From NCBI GenBank assembly GCA_002269645.1, contig NIVC01001271.1, forward strand, positions 1-64,000: 64,000 nucleotides of DNA, in the 5' to 3' direction. This DNA comes from Macrostomum lignano. Lineage: Eukaryota. Made by a program: the position numbers and the translations under genes. Below are positions 61,812-64,000 of this stretch, piece after piece (within the stretch, counting starts at the first letter, position 1; the number at the start of each line of letters is the position of its first letter). The notes under the pieces were generated by a model. The model searched no databases. It saw nothing but the letters and a program-made list of their open reading frames with translations, and had not been told where the DNA came from.

Positions 61812-62127
61812 ATGCAGCAAACCAGGCGTCTCCGCCGTTCCCAGCCGGTGTTCGAAGCGCCACCGGCAGCCGGCAACCGCCTGGCATCCACTCTGCGCCG
61901 CGTCTCGTTCGCGCCGACCAACTTGTTGAATCAAATCGATCAGCTGCGTAAGAAGTCGAAGACGCTGTTCCATCTGAAGCACGACATGGCCGACCTGGAG
62001 GAGCTGATGGCCTGTCGCAGCAGCCGCCAGAGGCCGGTGGATATCTACTGTCTGACCAGGGCTACGCACTTCAACAACAAGGAGCTGCGTGCGCTGTACC
62101 GTGGGTTCAAGACCGAATGTCCCGAAG
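61812..62127 (+). CDS. First coding exon of a KChIP/neuronal calcium sensor family EF-hand protein (partial)
   Basis: The ATG at 61812 has an upstream in-frame stop. The exon ends THFNNKELRALYRGFKTECPE-G, matching the NCS/KChIP EF1 motif, and has the donor G|GTGAGT at 62127/62128. Confidence 0.85.
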
Positions 62128-62225
62128 GTGAGTCACCTTTGATATACTTTTAATCTATACTCGTAATTGAGCGCTATAAAACTGCTGTTTTGTGATAAAG
62201 GACCTGGATTCGTTCCTCAAACTAA

Positions 62226-63095
62226 GAGACTCTCCTCCCGGAGGTGTCCGATCTCAGAGATTCTCTCGATAAACTGGGAGACTCTCCTCCGGAGGGATCC
62301 GATCTCAGAGATTCTCTCGATAAACTGGGAGACTCTCCTCCCGGAGGTGTCCGATCTCAGAGATTCTCTCGATAAACTGGGAGACTCTCCTCCCGGAGGT
62401 GTCCGATCTCAGAGATTCTCTCGATAAACTGGAAGACTCTCCTCCCGGAGGTGTTCGATCTCAGAGATTCTCTCGATAAACTGGAAGACTCTCCTCCCGG
62501 AAGTGTCCGATCTCAGAGATTCTCTTGATAAACTGGGAAATTCTCCTCATGGAAGTGTTCGATCTCAGAGATTCTCTCGATAAACTGGAAGACTCTCCTC
62601 CCGGAAGTGTCCGATCTCAGAGATTCTCTTGATAAACTGGGAAATTCTCCTCATGGAAGTGTTCGATCTCAGAGATTCTCTCGATAAACTGGGAGACTCT
62701 CCTCCCGGAGGTGTCCGATCTCAGAGATTCTCTCGATAAACTGGAAGACTCTCCTCCCGGAGGTGTTCGATCTCAGAGATTCTCTCGATAAACTGGAAGA
62801 CTCTCCTTCCGGAGGTGTCCAATCTCAGCAGATTCTCGATAAACTGGGAGACTCTTCTCATGGAAATGTTTGATCTCAGAGATTCTCTCAATAAACTGGG
62901 AGACTCTCCTCCCGGAAGTGTCCGATCTCAGCAGACTCTCGATAAACTGGGAGACTCTCCTCCCGGAAGTGTCCGATCTCAGCAGATTCTCTCAATAAAC
63001 TGGGATATTCTCCTTCCTGAAGTGTCCGATCTCAGATTTAGAGATTCTCGATAAACTGAGATATTCTCCTCCCGGAAGTGCCCGATCTCAGAGAC
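62226..63095. repeat. 52-bp minisatellite in the KChIP-like intron
   Basis: Tandem GAGACTCTCCTCCCGGAGGTGTCCGATCTCAGAGATTCTCTCGATAAACTGG. Confidence 0.95.
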
Positions 63096-64000
63096 TCACA
63101 TGATTTCATGATTTCATAGGGAAGTTTTTCATGCATAATAGGAGTACATAACTAATTATTCTTTCGTCAGGTGTAAATATTTCTTATTGAAGACAATAAA
63201 AGTTATAAAAAAGGAATTGAGAGTCTGTAAAGGGAGGAATTTGAGACACAACTGGCCAGCCCCAACAGGATTCAACAGCTGCAGCTTCATTAGCCAGTGA
63301 ATACAGATGCTTCTATGTTGCTCATCTACTCCTGCTTAAGCCCCAGATTCTTCAGATGTCAGATTTTCATTGTATCACAGAAATTTTCAATTCGCTCTCG
63401 CGGAAATGGAATCGAGGTTAGAAAACGGAAATGACCTGGGTGTTAACATGCTATGTGCAGGCAACCATTATAGCTGCATACAACAGGTATGCCGGAAATC
63501 ATGATGGAGAGCGGAAGCTGGGGATCGAATTCACAGCGCTGCTGTAGAATAAAGAAGCGTCAAATCATAGGGAGAATTGACGCAGTTTTGGCCGGTAAGT
63601 AAAACAGGAGCGAGCACAGGAGTCAAGGGGGAAGCTATAGGCTACTCGGCATGAGTTAATTAAGAATCCCGGCTCTCGTAAGCCAGACTCTCCCCTCTGG
63701 TCCTGGCGGCAGGATATGCGTTCAGATGGAGCAGCCGGAGAAGCTGCAACAGATATACGAGAAGAGAAAATATGGCAAGATGGGCCACTGGAGACGAAGG
63801 CCCGAGGATGACAGGGCCGCAGGGGGGTGGCGGCATCCACAGAGCTTTGCCTTCTCAAAGGGCAGCGGCTGCAGCAGCAGCACTGATCCACTCTCTCGAT
63901 CTGTGTGCCCTAGCTGCGCCAACAACAGCCCCGAGGGGTCGGGCAGGCCTGAAGCATGGGGGATCGCTTGGATTAGATAGGAGGTGCGGACAGCTGAGCG

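Noticed and set aside
63700-63980. Second KChIP exon (ICVQMEQPEKLQQIYEK)
   Set aside because: The phase does not match the donor at 62127 and the similarity to the expected GxxxEETFKQIY is too weak. The real exon may lie beyond the window.

Overview
This is eukaryotic (animal) genomic DNA with GC-rich exons and introns packed with tandem repeats. That style suggests a free-living flatworm such as Macrostomum, which is an inference and not confirmed. I reconstructed seven host genes by hand from GT/AG boundaries and reading-phase continuity. They are an intronless biogenic-amine GPCR (-, 2550-4030), a 10-exon SERCA (-, 7490-18435), a 2-exon neuromedin-U/PRXamide-type GPCR (+, 26253-28081), a 3-exon TNF/C1q-like type II membrane protein that appears only as unlinked fragments in the ORF track (-, 32351-34877), SF1 (-, 35693-40112), an uncharacterised multi-exon gene with a 20-nt microexon (-, about 47378-59891), and the first coding exon of a KChIP/NCS protein (+, 61812-62127). 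A full-length Ty3/gypsy element (52540-57246) sits in an intronic minisatellite. It has apparently identical 216-bp LTRs, a 4-bp TSD, an iMet PBS and a G-GGA-AAC slippery site followed by an H-type pseudoknot. Also present are a decayed PIF/Harbinger transposase, several MITE-like elements, CORE-like SINEs and many unrelated minisatellites. Four frameshifts can each be repaired by restoring one or two bases, three clearly in short homopolymers, so they are most likely long-read consensus errors. The most interesting items are the TNF-like gene, a SERCA intron built entirely of about 37 tandem copies of a GT..AG mini-intron, the unknown C-terminal domain gene, the frameshift pseudoknot, and CpG-depleted blocks upstream of both housekeeping genes.
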